NCBI GenBank assembly: GCA_012295275.1
Contig: CM022674.1
Span: 1,860,001-1,924,000, forward strand
Direction of reading: 5' to 3'
DNA: 64,000 nucleotides
From: Chrysomallon squamiferum
Taxonomy: Eukaryota > Animalia > Mollusca
Shown here: positions 1 to 19,918 of the stretch, one piece after another
How the letters are laid out: every line of letters starts with the position of its first letter
How positions within the stretch are numbered: the stretch's first letter is position 1
Translations under genes and position numbers: made by a program
The notes under the pieces: model-generated
The model's database searches: none
The model's input: only the letters and a program-made list of their open reading frames with translations
Told to the model about the DNA's origin: nothing

Positions 1-6
1 ACTTAC

Positions 7-3705
<3,699 letters not shown>

Positions 3706-3967
3706 CGTGTGGGTTTCGTTCTGAAAAATAAATAAGTTTTAAAACGTAAATTCCACAAACGTTTTATCGTAATCTTCGTTGTCATATAACACGAACAGAG
3801 ACGGTGTTGTTGCATATGAATCAGACGAATTTTAAATTGAAGTGCCTGCGGCTATGTTCTCACCCCCCCCCCCACCCCCAAGAGAAGGAATCTGCGATAT
3901 AATTAGCATCAGGATTAAATCGTGCATGCTTGCTTGTTTCATGATCAAGTCAAAACCGTTCGAAATT

Positions 3968-4007
<40 letters not shown>

Positions 4008-4360
4008 CCAAGGTGTATGTTTTTTTTTTTCTGTGGTCTACAGAAACAAAGATTATGAGAGTTTTCTTTTCTATAATTGATACAAGTAGTCTTTCAGGCG
4101 TGATTCCTCCTTCATAATCAGCACTTATCATGCGAGTGCTGCTTATCATTAGAAGTAATGGCTCTCGAGTTGTCTCCCTAATGTTCATTCATTCGTCCAC
4201 ACATTCATTCTTTCATTCATTCATTCAGTTAGTAATTTATGATTTACTTTCAGAATCATGATGTCCTAGTTCCTGTATCATACGCTGGAATTTTATTTAT
4301 TTATTTATTTATTTATTGTTGGCTATATTCTTGTTGACTTGTTGTTATTATAATGTTTCA

Positions 4361-4720
<360 letters not shown>

Positions 4721-5358
4721 ACTCATCCATATCGTTTGTCTTCAATTCTGAACTAAGACAGCCAAGCAGTTTTTTGACAGGCTTCTCTCAGTCACAGTAA
4801 ATTGTCATATTTGTTCAAGCGTGAAGATTTACCATGACAACAAGTGAAATAACGCGGGGGTGGGCAGGAATGCTGAAGATACAAAGCCACGTGACTTGAA
4901 TACACTCAAGTATTGCGAAAACACGATTCGCTCTGACACCGATATGAAAACCTTTCACCTGTACAATGTCACCTACCTGCCTGTTACCTGTGTATTTACC
5001 TTGTTCATTTACCTGACTCAGCAAGGAGTCTATTTTTTTTATTTGTATTTTTTTTTTTTTTAGTTTTATTGCTTTATTTTTATTATTTTATTTTATTTTC
5101 ATTTTTTTTTTTTTTTTTTTATTATTGTTTTATTTTTTTTTTCTTAAATGTTTTTAAAAAAAAAATTATTGTTTTATTTTTATTATTTTATTTTATTTTG
5201 TTTTTTTTTATTTTTGTTTTATTTTTTGTTTGTTTTATTTTTATTATTATTATTTTGTTTTTTTTTATTGTTTTATTTTATTTTATTTTTTTTATTTACA
5301 TTTATTTACGTTTATATTATAGTTGTTTTAGAACTATGATTATTATTATTATTATTAT

Positions 5359-5400
<42 letters not shown>

Positions 5401-5536
5401 CAGTAGTAGCAGTAGTAATATTAGTAGTAGTATATTTTTGGTATTAGTATTGTCATCATATTATTACTGCTACTACGACTACTAATATTATTTATTTATT
5501 TATTTATTTATATAATAGTAGTGTTATGAAAACCAA

Positions 5537-5902
5537 AAGGGGTGGATCCATAATGTGTGAATGTGGGGTGGCGTCATTGTGGTGGATATTTCAAGCCTAA
5601 ATTACTTTAATTATTAAAAAGAAGACGTAAAAGAAGAAGAAGAAGAAGAAGAAGAAAAAGAAGAAGAAGAAAAAGAAGAAAAAGAAGAAGAAGAAGGAGA
5701 AAAAGAAGAAGAAGAAGAAGAAGAAGAAGAAGAAGAAGAAGGAAGAAAACTAAAAAAAAGAAGAAAAAAGAAAGAAAAAAGAGAGAAGAAAAAGAAAGAA
5801 AAAGACAGAAAGAAAGAAAAGTTACTGCATGAAAAAATAACGGGGCGGGTGGGTAAGATAGGGGTGAGTGAGCCCCCCACCCCCACTTAATCCGCCCAGT
5901 GT
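5537..5902. mobile_element. Possible decayed MITE with GGGGCGGATCC-type termini and an internal (GAA)n tract
   Basis: aggggtggatcca at the left and taatccgcccagtg at the right are imperfect inverted termini with G/C-run subtermini. No clear TSD. Confidence 0.35.
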
Positions 5903-6245
5903 AAATATCTAACACTGCGTTCTGTTAAACTGCATCTTATGAATAGATCAGCGGGAGATAATTAGCGTTTTATTTTAAGCCGACAGAAAAGGTAAACTAA
6001 CCTAACACGACGCTGAAAGAGCTCAAGGCTAGGATGAAACATAATGGGATTAATGAGAGGTGGATGGATATCTTGCTACGAACACAGCTATTAACTAATT
6101 ATACTGTTACGGTTGTTCACCAGGTATTTTAGTTTGTGTACTACCCTGCAGAGGAATTTGTTTTCGCGCATAATTTTTTTTTTTTTTTTTTTTTTTCTTT
6201 TGGTTTTGTATTGTCTAGCTGTCTTTCTCTCAGTCTATCTATTTA

Positions 6246-6282
<37 letters not shown>

Positions 6283-6604
6283 ATATCTGTCTTTACATCT
6301 ATCTACTATATCTGTTTATCTATCCATCTATCTATTTTTCTGTCTACTGTATCTGTCTATTTATATCTTTCTTTCTTTCTTTCTTTCTGTCTGTTATCTA
6401 TGAATTTATTAATGTAATACTGTCATCCTACTCTCTCACTCTCTCTCCCCACTTCTTTCTATAATTGTTGATAATACTTCCATTATCTTATTTCCCATTC
6501 CAACCAATAATAACAACAACAACAACAACAACAATAAACAGCAAAAATAATAATAATAATAATGATGATGATCATGGTAATGAAAATAGCACCACCACCA
6601 CCAC

Positions 6605-6636
<32 letters not shown>

Positions 6637-7799
6637 CAATAATAAGAAGAAGAAGAAGAAGAATGCCATGACAACAACAACAATAAAACAACTACATTTG
6701 ATATCTTGTGACCGTTTTTTTTAAATTTCTTCTTTCACTGTTGTAAGATATCTGGGTCAAGTGAACGTAAATAACAGTTTGTGTAACCGTCTCCTTCAGT
6801 GAACTCAAGTGTAAACCAAACATAGGTGTGATAAACTTTGGCGAGAAACTGTTTTAATTTTTCTCTTTTTGTTTTCATTTTTGCTGTTATGATTTTCGTT
6901 TAGTTTTCTTTTGTTCATTTGTATGTTACTACAACTACTACTATCATTATTAGAGTGGTAACTGCAGTAGTAGTAATAGTAGTAGTAGCATCAGCAGCAA
7001 CAGTAATACTATAAGCAGTAGCAGAAGTAGTATTAATCGTATTAGTAATCATAACGATAGAACCAGCAGTAGCAAAGGTAGAAGTAGTAGCAGCAGTAAC
7101 AGCAGCACTAGGAGTACTATGAAGTAGCTACTGATTCGAGATTAATACTGAACAAAAGTTAATAATTTTTCAAAAACCAATAATTTACATATTTCAGTTT
7201 ATGTTGAGAGCTGATTTACATTTTTACGTGTTGTAAACTATATTTAACAACACATTGTTGAGAGCTGATTTACAGTGCATATATTGTAGACTCTCTGAAT
7301 ACTAATAGTATCGTCACCTGTTGCCAGGTATTGATATATCGTAGAATATCTCGTTTACCTCCTTAATGTGTCGTGTGTGAGCAGAATTCAAATAAATGTG
7401 TGCTTGTGTGTTGAGTGTGTATGTGTGTGTTGAGTGTGTGTGCGTGTGTGAGAGAGAGTGTGTGTGTATATGAGAGAGAGTGTGTGTGTGTGAGTGAGGG
7501 AGAGAGAGAGTGTGTGTGTGTGTGTGAGAGAGAGAGTGTGTGTGAGAAAGAGTGTGTGTGTGTGTACCTGAGTAAGTGTGTTGAGTGTGTGTGCGTGTGT
7601 GTGTTTGTGTGTGTGCGAGAGTATGTGTATATGTTATAAAATTTATGTATCAGTACATTTGACGTACATGTATAAAAAAAAACACATATGCATTAGCATA
7701 AAATAAAAGTGGCGAAAGAGGCCAATTTCTAGGTATTTTTTGAAAGTGAAAACAGAACAAAATGATCCGTCTGCCCATCCTTCCTCTTAACCAGTCAGT

Positions 7800-8046
<247 letters not shown>

Positions 8047-8511
8047 ATATATACACACACACATGCCTTACATGTGGAATAGTTTTGTGTTTCGTTCATT
8101 GTGTAAGATGTATTTTATTCACTGCGGTAAGTAACTGTCAATATATTTTATTTCTGTGTTTTATAGACTGGTATGCTAACTTAGCGGATCATGTTTCACA
8201 TAACTGTCGACGTGGCGTAATAGTCTACAAACTTGATTTGTCTCAAAAATAAAATAAAATAAAGATTCATCGTTTTTTTTTTTAGCACAAAGTATTGTGT
8301 GTTTGTTTGTATACGTAGTGTTTATCTGTGTGTCTGTGTCTGTGTATGGGTATGTATGTGTTTGTATGCATGTGTGTGTAAGCGAGAAATGTTATGTGTA
8401 TGAACGCTATATATATATGTATTTATGCATGAATGATTATATGAACCCTGTATATAAATATATGTTAATATATGTAGGTATATGTGTATGTATGTAAATG
8501 TATGCCTGTGT

Positions 8512-8554
<43 letters not shown>

Positions 8555-9034
8555 GAGAAAGATACATGGTGTCATATTCACAGTAAATAAATTTGACTTC
8601 ATGTAAATCATCTTTCTCTTGTTCTCTTTTCACTTTCAAAGGACGACCTGTAAACCGACACACTTCAGTGATTTAGCTGACCTGATGGTTACTGATGTTT
8701 CCATTAATTATTATCTACTTATACCTACATTTCTGTATTACCGAGCCTCCCATGGGTCTGAGAACAAAATATATTGTTTTGCATCTCTGTCCATGACCGT
8801 TATATATTACCGTTATGACCGGTGAGTACTATAATTATAATACATCAACTATATGGAATTAATCAATAAAAACTGGACATTAGGAGGCGGAGGTAAAAGT
8901 GACCTCGGATTATCGAGTTTATCTCCTTTCTTGAAACTTAACATCGCTTCTAAATCCAGCTGAATATTAAGCATAAATTTGTTTTTGTTTTTGTTTTTTT
9001 TTTCAAAGAAAAAGTGCGATACATTATCACTTAC

Positions 9035-9200
9035 CTGTACAGGTGAAAAGTGGACGAAACGCAGGTAAATGAAGTCGTCACAGCACGCGTTTCAACGTCA
9101 GGTAGGCTGTTGTCACAGAACACGCACACAGCTTCCACAAACAGCAGCGTCTCGCTTCAGCAAACACCGCTACAACGACGCCTGCTCATTTCACGAGGTC
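9035..9200 (-). other. Candidate non-coding 5'UTR exon of the copine-like gene
   Basis: The first coding exon has a clear acceptor (tatttttcag, AG at 3721-3722) 15 nt before the ATG, so an upstream exon is expected. A strong donor CAG|GTAAGT lies at 9035/9034 in a CpG-rich patch. A second candidate donor CAG|GTGAGT is near 9828. The 5' boundary is a guess. Confidence 0.35.
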
Positions 9201-10513
9201 ATGTTGACAGGCTAGACGCAATAAATTATTTGTTTCTCGTATCACGGCGTAATCAATTTTTTTTTTTTGTTTCTCGGATCAGGAAAGACGTTATCGGAGA
9301 ACTTGAATTAGGCCTATCAAGTGTTAGAAACCGAACAGATTCGATTAAATCCGGACTACAGGTACTGTAAGGTCCCCAGGGATATTTTTTAAAAAGGCAG
9401 ATAAGTAATAAAGGTAATGAAATAATTTTTCATTTAATTTCCTGCAGGCGCCTGAACTGTATCTCCTAAAATCCACGCCTTGCTCAGGCACAGAATATGA
9501 TTATATTGTTTACGATCTGGTTTTTTTATTTTTTTTTTTTTTTGATTCGATATTAAATGTTAGCATGGCGAAAGCACTAGAACTAAAAAATAAATGTGTC
9601 AGTTTTGATAGCCATGTTATCGCATTAAAGGTGATTAATGAGACCAGAAAAAAATGTTTATTGTTGTTTTTAGTTTGTATTTAACTGTTTTTGATAAAAT
9701 AAAATATAAATAAATAAAAAATAAATAAATAAATAAATAAATAAATAAACTAATATTAATAACAACAATAATAATAATAATAATAATCATAATAATAACA
9801 ATAACAATAAATAAATAAATGTACTCACCTGTACAGGTAAGTATAACAAACAGTAAATCATCAAACTAAGGTAAAGTATATGCGAAGGTGTACCTTGATT
9901 TACGACAAACGTTTCGTGTGCGTGGGTACAGATAATTCTTAGTTTACTTTTATCAGAAAAAAACATTCAATATCATTTCTTGGGCTCCACCTGTAAATTC
10001 GTCACAAAGTACTTGTTCAGTGTGTAATATAAGTATTCAGTTACTTTACACCCACTGGCAAATATTAAACAGATTCGCCTTCGTTTTTAAAATAATATTA
10101 TACCAAATAATTAATCCCTGTCTGATATTCGACAACACGGTATTTTACACACTCACATACACACTTACACACACACACACACACACACATACACACATAC
10201 ACAACAGTCACCTTGTATAAACAAACTGTCACTCAGTGAGACTGATGTTTGTTTTAGCAGTTTGTGATAAAAAAAAAAAAAAAAAAAGTTGTTATCAGTG
10301 GATCATGTCTAACCAGTAATTTTCAAAGTGACAACGAAAAACAAACAAAAAAAATTAAACAAACATGGAAATAATTGGACGCCTGACACCAGACGTTGCT
10401 AGGAATTAATCCTAGAATTTTATATTTGTTGATTGCAGTAGTAGTAGTAGTAGTAGTAGTTGTTATTATTATTATTATCATCATCATCATTATTATTATT
10501 ACTGTTATTATTA

Positions 10514-10553
<40 letters not shown>

Positions 10554-10590
10554 CATCATCATCATTATTATAATTACTGTTATTATATTA

Positions 10591-10639
<49 letters not shown>

Positions 10640-11228
10640 TATTATTTAATTATATTTTATTTATTTATTTACTTATTTTACAAACGTATATAGAAATTAC
10701 CAATTAACACGTTATTTACTTGTTAACTAGATAGCCTGTAGCCTTTTAATTCTTTAGTTAATTATCAGTCTCAATCATTATTTAACATATAAAACGACAG
10801 TTTTTAAAAAGAGGTTTCTGTCGTTATTATCTTTTTCGAGTGTAATTCTGTCAGACTGCCTTTCTCTGTGTCTCTCTTTAATTTATCTACTTGTATATCT
10901 CGACTTCTCTTTATCTGTCTGTCTGTGTCAGTTTCTGTCCGTCATGTCTAGCTACCTATCCACTTACTTAGCTTTATAAGAATATGTATATGTGTGTGTG
11001 TATGTATGTACGTACGTACGTATGTATGTATGTATGTATGTGTATGTATGTATGTGTGTATGTATGTACGTGTGTATGTATGTATGTATATATGTACGTA
11101 TGTATGTATTTACGTATGTATGTATGTATGTACGTATGTATGTATGTATGTACGTATGTATGTACGTATGTATGTATATATATATGTATGTATGTATTTA
11201 TGTATGCATGTATGTATGTATGTATGTA

Positions 11229-11267
<39 letters not shown>

Positions 11268-11543
11268 CTATATATGGCATCAATAGCTGTAACCATTATT
11301 GCATCGGAATTGATATTCACAACCAATTAAGTGTAAAACGTGAAGCTAAATTAAACTGGAAATTGATTTTGACAGCTGAAGGCTGCTACTTACTTGAAAC
11401 ATCTGTTACAGTGCATATTTAAACGTCCGACATTGAACATTATTTATCTTTACTTTTTTTTTGCTTCTCTGTTCTCTGTAAAAATGTGTGATAATGTACA
11501 TAATGAACCTTCTGAATAAGATGAGCAATAGATAGGCATGCTG

Positions 11544-11583
11544 TTCGTTATTGCTGAAGATAGCTTCACGTCATTATATGAAG

Positions 11584-11674
<91 letters not shown>
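11544..11674 (+). repeat. Dispersed (CT)n-tailed repeat, deleted copy 3
   Basis: cgttattgctgaa..tagcttca.gtcattatatgaa is shared with 567-603 and joined directly to (CT)n. Confidence 0.65.
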
Positions 11675-11677
<3 letters not shown>

Positions 11678-12137
11678 CACTCTTCTTTCTCTTCCTTTCA
11701 GTCTCTAACTCTCCACTATTCCCATATTCCATCCCTACTCCACGCAATCTTTTTTTCCCTTTTTCTTTCTCTCATATATAAATAAATGCCTTTGGACTAA
11801 ACACAGTTTTCCTGTTGATACCTCACTTGTTTTGCTGGTTATCTTAAACTTAAGTCACAAATTTTTTGTGGTTTAAAATATTTTGTAAAGTTTTATTACA
11901 AAACCTCTAATATTTTTATTTTTATTTTTTTTTTGAAATTTATAATAGATGGACGATATACTTCCTAATTTTCAGATCCGATCTCCAGTGAAACAGACGA
12001 TCAGTAATGATAATAATAATGATGATGGTGATGATGGTGATGATGATGATAATAATAATAATAATAATAATAAAAAAATTATCATCATTATCATCATAAT
12101 AAATTATAAACATACATAACCATAACAAAAATATTTC

Positions 12138-12175
<38 letters not shown>

Positions 12176-15100
12176 AATCGAGACACCGGAAATGGAACAT
12201 CACAGACATCACATGACGTCTACTGTCTGGTTTATAATGACGTTACAACAATAGAGTTGGGCACCAGATTTCTCCGTCCTTCTAGCATACGGAGATTACA
12301 ATGAAACGGTTTTACTGAAAATAATTTATTAAAAAAAAAACAGAAAGGAATTGTAGAGAATTTCACAAAAATAACATTAATGTGAAAGGACATGTCTGGG
12401 TAAGTCTTTAGTGTTTTTTTTTTTTTTTTTTAAGACAGACAAAGAGTTCACTCTCAAATACATCCGTTTGGTCTTGTACACAAATATTATTTTCTGCGGT
12501 TAGAAAAAGTCTAGAAAGAGCACTCTGCAGTTTATCTTATTGGTTAACCCCGAAACATTCTTACAGAGAATACTGTTGTCTCGGCTTCAGTCACTATTTT
12601 TAAGTAATTTAGATATAATGTCACGAGCTCCGTATTAAAAAAAAAAAAAAAAAAAAATAAAAAAAAGTACTCTTAAAACTATATTTTCTGGTACATTTTG
12701 GTCGTCTGTTATGTCCAATAGAGTTACCTCTCCTTATCGTTTTCGCAATTTTTTTTTTTTTATATGATCACCATCTTCTTCATTATTTATTTATTTATTT
12801 TACTTCATTTCATTAAAAAATCAAATCAAATCAAATCAAATAAATAAATAAATAGATAAATAATAATAAATAAATAAATAAATAAACAAAAAATACCACA
12901 CTGATGTTGTTAGTGTGTCTCTAAATGCCTGTAATTTTTATTGGGTTTTTTTAATTATTATTTCTGTACTAATAAATATTTTATCTATCAAATTTCATTT
13001 AAAATAAATAAAGAGTTTCCTATTATGACATCCTATTTTCCTAGGTTTTAAATTTTAATACGTCATTATAATCTTTTAAATATTGTTATAAACGGAGGGA
13101 ACCAGCGGACGTGACGTATCACATAGTTTTCTTAAATCGTCTGGATCCATCCTAAATTGTATATTTATTTATTTATTTATTGTTTGTTTGTTTGTTTGTT
13201 TCTTGCTTGCTTGCTTCCTTCATCGTTATTAATTTATTAGCAGAGTACTTCTATTACTGCTAGTATTACTGCAATTCCAGCTGATACTACTATTATTACT
13301 AAACTCACCACCATTATATTTATTATTAGTGTTACTAATACAACTATCATTACTATCACCGCTACTACTACTACTATTACTGCTAGTGATGATGATGATA
13401 TTACTACTAATACTATTACCACTACTTTTATTATTATCATCATCATCATCATCATCATCATCAGTATTATTATTACTGTTATTATTATTATTATAGAGAG
13501 TGGGAAAAACAAACCGATAAAAAACAACAAAAACTTATTTTTTATATGCATCCTTACTTAGAAGAACAAATATATGAACTTTGGTAAACAAAATATGAAA
13601 TTTTGACTGGAACGGGAAAAAGGGCGAAAGACGCATTTGGAAGGGTTAATTACATCATCAGTTATATTTCTCAAGTGTGTCAAGCACGTTACGTTTGAAA
13701 CTGTGAGGGAGACGGTTTAACAGATCTACAAATCAAAGATGGATTAGCTATATTAAGAAAAGAAACTGAAATGAAATATTTCGATATCACCAAAGGGGCA
13801 TTCTCACCAAGCGACTGAAGAATAAAGTCTGAACACTTACATTGTTATGATATTAAACCTTTCAGTTAGTTTTATGAAATCGCATAGTGTGAATTCATCT
13901 TAAAATAAAGTATCTATCTATCTGTCTATTTATCTGTATGTTTGTCTATCTACATATCTCTGTCTGTCTGTATGTTTGTCTAGCTATCTGTCTGACTGTC
14001 TCTCTGGACATCTAATTATTTATCTACCTTGCTGCCTATCTGTCTATGATAATTTCAGAGAAAGACATTTCTGCGGCCAGGAAAATGAAGTGAGAGAAAT
14101 CCAGTTTCCGTCAGTAAATACCGGACAAAATACAATGTCCCTACCTGCCGTCATCAAACAACGATCACCTATAGGTAAATTACTTAATAATCCAGGTAAA
14201 TACCTAATAATCCAGGTAACTGTAGGTAGATTTGAATTCTGAATCCGGTAATGCAGATGAATTTAGCAAACGTAATTAGGACGAGATAAAAAATATACAT
14301 AGACGTAAATCTAATTAGTAACCGAGATAATTCACCTATACCTAATTAGTAACTTGGTAGGTAACCAACCAAATTTTCATATCGTAAATCTAATAAGTTG
14401 TGCTAGGCACGTTTAATAAATGAATTATGTAGATGAGGTAAATTAATAACACGAGTAAGAAAGATCAAATGGTTTTAGGTATACAGGTAAAAATTAATAC
14501 AGCCGATTTTGACGTGGTTAGTTACATTTTAAACTGCTTTAATTCAGTTATTTACTACTACTACTACTACTACTACTGCTGCTGCTGCTACTACTACTAC
14601 TGCTACTACTACTACTGCTTAATTACTTACTTATTTACATACAAACGGATAAATATATATGCATACACACACGTATACATCTATACATACACATACATAC
14701 ACATACATACAGATGCATATACACATGCACATACATACATACATACATATATACATACATACATATACATACATACATACATACATACATAAATACATAC
14801 ATGGACATACATACACACACACATACATACATACATACAAACATTGTCTCAAGATAAAAAGCACACCCATGGACATATAAAAGAATCAACTCACATGCAT
14901 ATATAAAGGTTTACACGCATACACAAATCACACACTTACGTTAGTTGTCTCATTTCAGATACAAAAAGCACAAAACCAACTTGCTGATTCGAAAGAAATC
15001 AACCTCAGGAAAGCAGGTAAATAATTTAATTACTAAATTTATGATTTTCTGGAATCATTTTATTCTAAGAAAATTATTGTAAATACTAATTTATTACAAA

Positions 15101-15504
15101 TGAACAAAAATTTTTCAATTTGTTTTTTTACAAAACATCACTTTTAAATCTGGTTATTGAATCTAAGACTCACTATTTTAATATGGATCTAAAAAAAATT
15201 TAAAAAATAAAAATGCTCAAGAATCTTATATTTGTCTCTATTTTTAGATCTGGTTCCTCAAACTAAAACGTGATTTCTCATTCTGATACTCACTGTTTTA
15301 AAATATGATAAATTTTTTTCAGTATGAAAATCGATAGTTTAATCTGATATCTTATTCTGACGTCAGTACATTAAAATTTCAACATCTGTCGTAAAATCTG
15401 ATTTGTGATTCTGACAGTAATTAATTTTAGAATGTCCTTTTGGTCATAATTACCGTAAACATATTATTTGTTATTCTCACTAACACTTTTAGAATATGTA
15501 TATA

Positions 15505-15569
<65 letters not shown>

Positions 15570-15943
15570 GTAGTATTTTTAAATATTTTTTGACAGAGTT
15601 TACCTCCAATCAAGAAAGAACGCTCTTCCCGGATCGATCATTGTCATCTTGATGACTTGGTTCATTCGTCATCTTTGTTACAAAACTGGCACCTCCAGTC
15701 AATCACAGGTAACACACAGATGTTAATTAGTCTAGATTAACACAGGTAATGAACACGTATTTATTGCTGTGGAATAACACAGGTAATATGTATGTTAGAG
15801 GTTACCATACGCTTGATCCAGTTTCACATCTAAAGTATTACCAGTTGATCTAAAGTGAGCGTTAGATGTTTGATTTTTTTTTTTATATATTTGTATATTC
15901 TTGATTCCATTTTGAAGCAAGCAAAAAAAAAAAAAAAAATAAA

Positions 15944-15976
<33 letters not shown>

Positions 15977-16006
15977 TCAAATAATAATAATAATAATAAT
16001 TTTAAT

Positions 16007-16042
<36 letters not shown>

Positions 16043-17424
16043 AAAAATTTCGAGTTTATAAATTTTTCTAAAAGCCTTGAACATTAAAAATAAAATAAAT
16101 AGTTCATAAACATCATTAATAAATAAAATAATTTTTTCGTCTGTAATTAATATATTTTGTCTATCGATAGATGATCCGCGTGTATGTGTCTATGGTAAAC
16201 CAGAATGTAAATATTTTTAAATAGACTGTAATTTGTTCATGGAAACATCATTAAATCACAAACCAAAAATTAATTATAAAACTTCTGTAAAAAAAAAACG
16301 TTGTTTTTCCCAATCTTCGAGAAAATTGAAATAAGAATTTCTCGCAATTTTGTTTTGCCATAAGAAAATAAATGTCATGTAAAAAGCATGTGATGTATTT
16401 TTATTTTTAAATGAATTTAATCAACATGTGACTTTTACCGCCAATTTATCTCAGAACTGACCCATATGAATAAAAAAAAAATTAAAAAAAGGAGCGCCTT
16501 GTCTTCATACTTATCTCCCTTGGTTTAAAAATAATCACGTGTCAACAACCGCTTCTAGAATAGTGATTAAAAAGACAAAATTCGTCATTCTCACAAGACA
16601 AAAAAAAAAAAGAAAAAAAAAAAAGAACAAGAAAAATAATTTATGAAATTTCATGCGACCTCTTTTATATTTGTTTTGGAGTTAAAAGAACAAATCTTAG
16701 AAAAATTCCGAGAGATCTAAATTAACGTAAACTATGTCTATTTCTTGAAAATTAACGAAAACTATTTTTCCATTTTAAAATCCAATCTTGGAAGTAATAT
16801 TGGGAAAACTCTGTTAAAATAATAATAAATAAATAAATAAATAAATAAAAAATAAAATAATCGCATTGCAGGAAAATCAACCAATCATCTTGGTCTAGGA
16901 CACCATGATCTGCCAATCATCGGAAACAGCCGAGGTAGCCACGCCTGAAACCGTTCGTGGGATGCCAACAGTTGCGTAGCTTTAATTTGAAACACGAACT
17001 ACATATCATTGTTACGTGGCAAAACATTTTATTTATTTTTATTTTCTTGTATTATCAATCATTTTTAATGGAGATAATTACTCCGTTCCGTTCATCAAGT
17101 GATGTATTTTAATAAAACGAAAATACACTATTTAATTATTTAAAGTTTCTTAAGCAATTATTTGAAACGAATCGTTGGCAAGGATAAAGTATTAAAATTC
17201 ATCATCACCGTCATAATTATTGTTGCCTTACGTTATTTTTATGAAATACAGTTTTAATGAGTTATGGTTTGCATGCCACTGTGAAGAAAGGATAAATACA
17301 TGTTATTATGGTTTTGATAATTTTTGACCAATGGTGACTAGGTTTTGTTCTTTTTGAAGGCTGATTTTGGTTTGTTGGAAAATTGTTTTTAATATTCTAA
17401 TCAGATTACAGTTAATGTCATCAT

Positions 17425-17456
<32 letters not shown>

Positions 17457-18818
17457 TTAAAAAATGTTTTTTGTGTTAATTCTTTAAAAAAAATGTTAAA
17501 TTCATTTCTGCGTTGATGTTTTAGGAATGAATACATTAATTAAAAACTTCAAGTGAGGTTCTGATTAAGCAAAATAATTACAGCATTAAAGTTGATTTGT
17601 TACCATTTAAAGTTTTGCATGAAAAGTTTGTGATGAATTGTAGTTTTCAAAAGGCCTTTTCTTTTCTTTTTCTTTTTTTTAATATATAGATCGGCTCTAT
17701 AGTGAGAACATGGAATGTACATATTTACGTATTTATTATTATTATATTACTATTCACGTCATTTGTCATTATCTTAATCATAAATGATAAAAATTAGCGT
17801 AGCATACAACTCGATTGTACCAGTTTTAGACGAAATTAGGAACATTTTGATATGTTAATTGTATTCGTGTTATCGGTTTATTAAAGATAGTAAAGGATAT
17901 AGAGGGAAAGAATAAATATCCATATATAATATATTAATGAATGTTTATAATGACCATTGCTAGTGTATTATTAATAACAATATATTTAAAAATTGTGGTA
18001 AACAATGTATTAAAAATATTAAAATTTAAGTTCTTTAATATGCAATAAAATATTTAAAATCTTGCAAGTGTTAGAGTGTTATCTGCATGTTAACCAAGAA
18101 ATTTCTTTATTTGATTCATTAACGAAAGCTTTTTTAAACTTTGCGAAATTCGGCTATCCACATAATTGGCGATTCCTCCAAACTTTCAGATTAGCGAGAC
18201 ATTTTAGCATTAAACAAACTCAGATATAAGACGTGATTTGATTGGACAATGCTTTTGGTGCAATGTCCGTATTTCAAATATTGTTACGCTTTCTGACCTA
18301 AGAATGGTGTTTACTCGCATCTCGACGTAAGATACCAATATGTAATTGTAGACGGTAATATTAATTATTATATATTTTCCTTCTTCTATCTAAATAACTT
18401 AAGAAAAACAGTATCCTGGGCAAACAACTTAAGCACTTTTTTATTGGGGGGGGGGGTTGTTTTTCGCGTTGGACGTATCAGAAACATTAGATGATGTAAG
18501 TTTCGGATTATTTTCCAGATTGGAGACCAAAAAAAAAAAAAAAAAAAAAAAAAAAATAATAAATAAAATAAATAAAAATAATAAACATTTAAAACTAGTA
18601 CGAAAATAAATATTCGGTTATTTATTTATAACTTTTTATTTCTTTTTTTTTTTTTTTTTTTTTATTTATTTTTATTTAGACATACTATTATTTGAATACA
18701 GTAAAATAAAAACAAAAAAATGATTTTAAAATTTTTTTATTTTATTTTTTAGATGAAAAAAACAACAAAACAACACATAATGTATTATCTGAAAACACTG
18801 ACATGAGATTATATACAT

Positions 18819-18824
18819 TTTATT
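18819..18824 (-). terminator. Candidate poly(A) signal of NEURL4 (implies a 3'UTR of about 3 kb)
   Basis: AATAAA on the minus strand, preceded by TGTA and followed about 40 nt later by a GT/T-rich tract. It lies at the edge of the CpG-poor domain. AATAAA is frequent here, so the call is uncertain. Confidence 0.4.
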
Positions 18825-19042
18825 ATGTACATTTCATATTTCATTTCACATTATTTTCTACCAAAAAAAACAAAAAAAAAAACTGAGGTAAACATCTAAA
18901 TTACACAATATTATGTGTGTAGGTGTGTCAAATCTCACAGCCTTGATAAAATAATAAAAAAATAAAAATAAAAACAAATCATTCCCCACCCTACCAACTA
19001 TTACAACTGAAGATGAAAACTGTAAAAAATATAACAGAACAT

Positions 19043-19079
<37 letters not shown>

Positions 19080-19852
19080 GTAAATAACAAAACTTGTAAC
19101 AAATAAAATGCAGCTCTAAGAATGGGTGGATTTCAGAAGCCCACCCCAAAGATCTGCACCTGAAATAACATATCTGTTTTTAATAAACACAGTACCATTC
19201 ACACATTCTTCTTGGATCATCTAGAATTCAGAGATCAAATAAATATTTCCATGTTCACACGTAAACTGACTTGTCTGCGTAATTAACACATATTTTACAT
19301 ATAAATGCAAAATGGCCGACAACAGACGTGTCATGTGACGTTTATGCAATGTACAGATTGAGGGGTACATTCATATTAACTGTTACTCTCAACAGAAATA
19401 AAACCGGTAGATACAGATAATAAAAATTCTAATCATTTTTCATTACTTGGTAATAGATAAAAATTATAAATCGCATGTCAGTCTATTCTAAATGTAATCA
19501 AACTTGGAACTCTCTCTCTCTCTCTGACTAAAATAAAAATAAAATAGGTTACAGAAATAAAACCACACTCAACCATCCTTTGTTTGAATGATACAACTGG
19601 TAAATTCATCATCAAGTGGACAAAATTCTGTGTTTTTCTGGTGACATGCAGGCACATATGAATCCACAAATACGAAGAAATGACTTGTGTGATAGTAGTA
19701 GACACATTACAAAACAAAAATCTGTATCTCTGAATTATGTAATTTCATTTCACAGATAACATAATGGAATTCAAAAAAAATCCTAATTCAGATGATGTAC
19801 AAAAATTTATTTCACTGATGAAAAATTGTGACAGGTGATCTTATAATTCAGC

Positions 19853-19918
<66 letters not shown>

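Noticed and set aside
9050-9370. 106-aa plus-strand ORF
   Set aside because: GTG start, no recognisable domain, crosses a poly-T run; better explained as a CpG-rich 5' region of the minus-strand gene.
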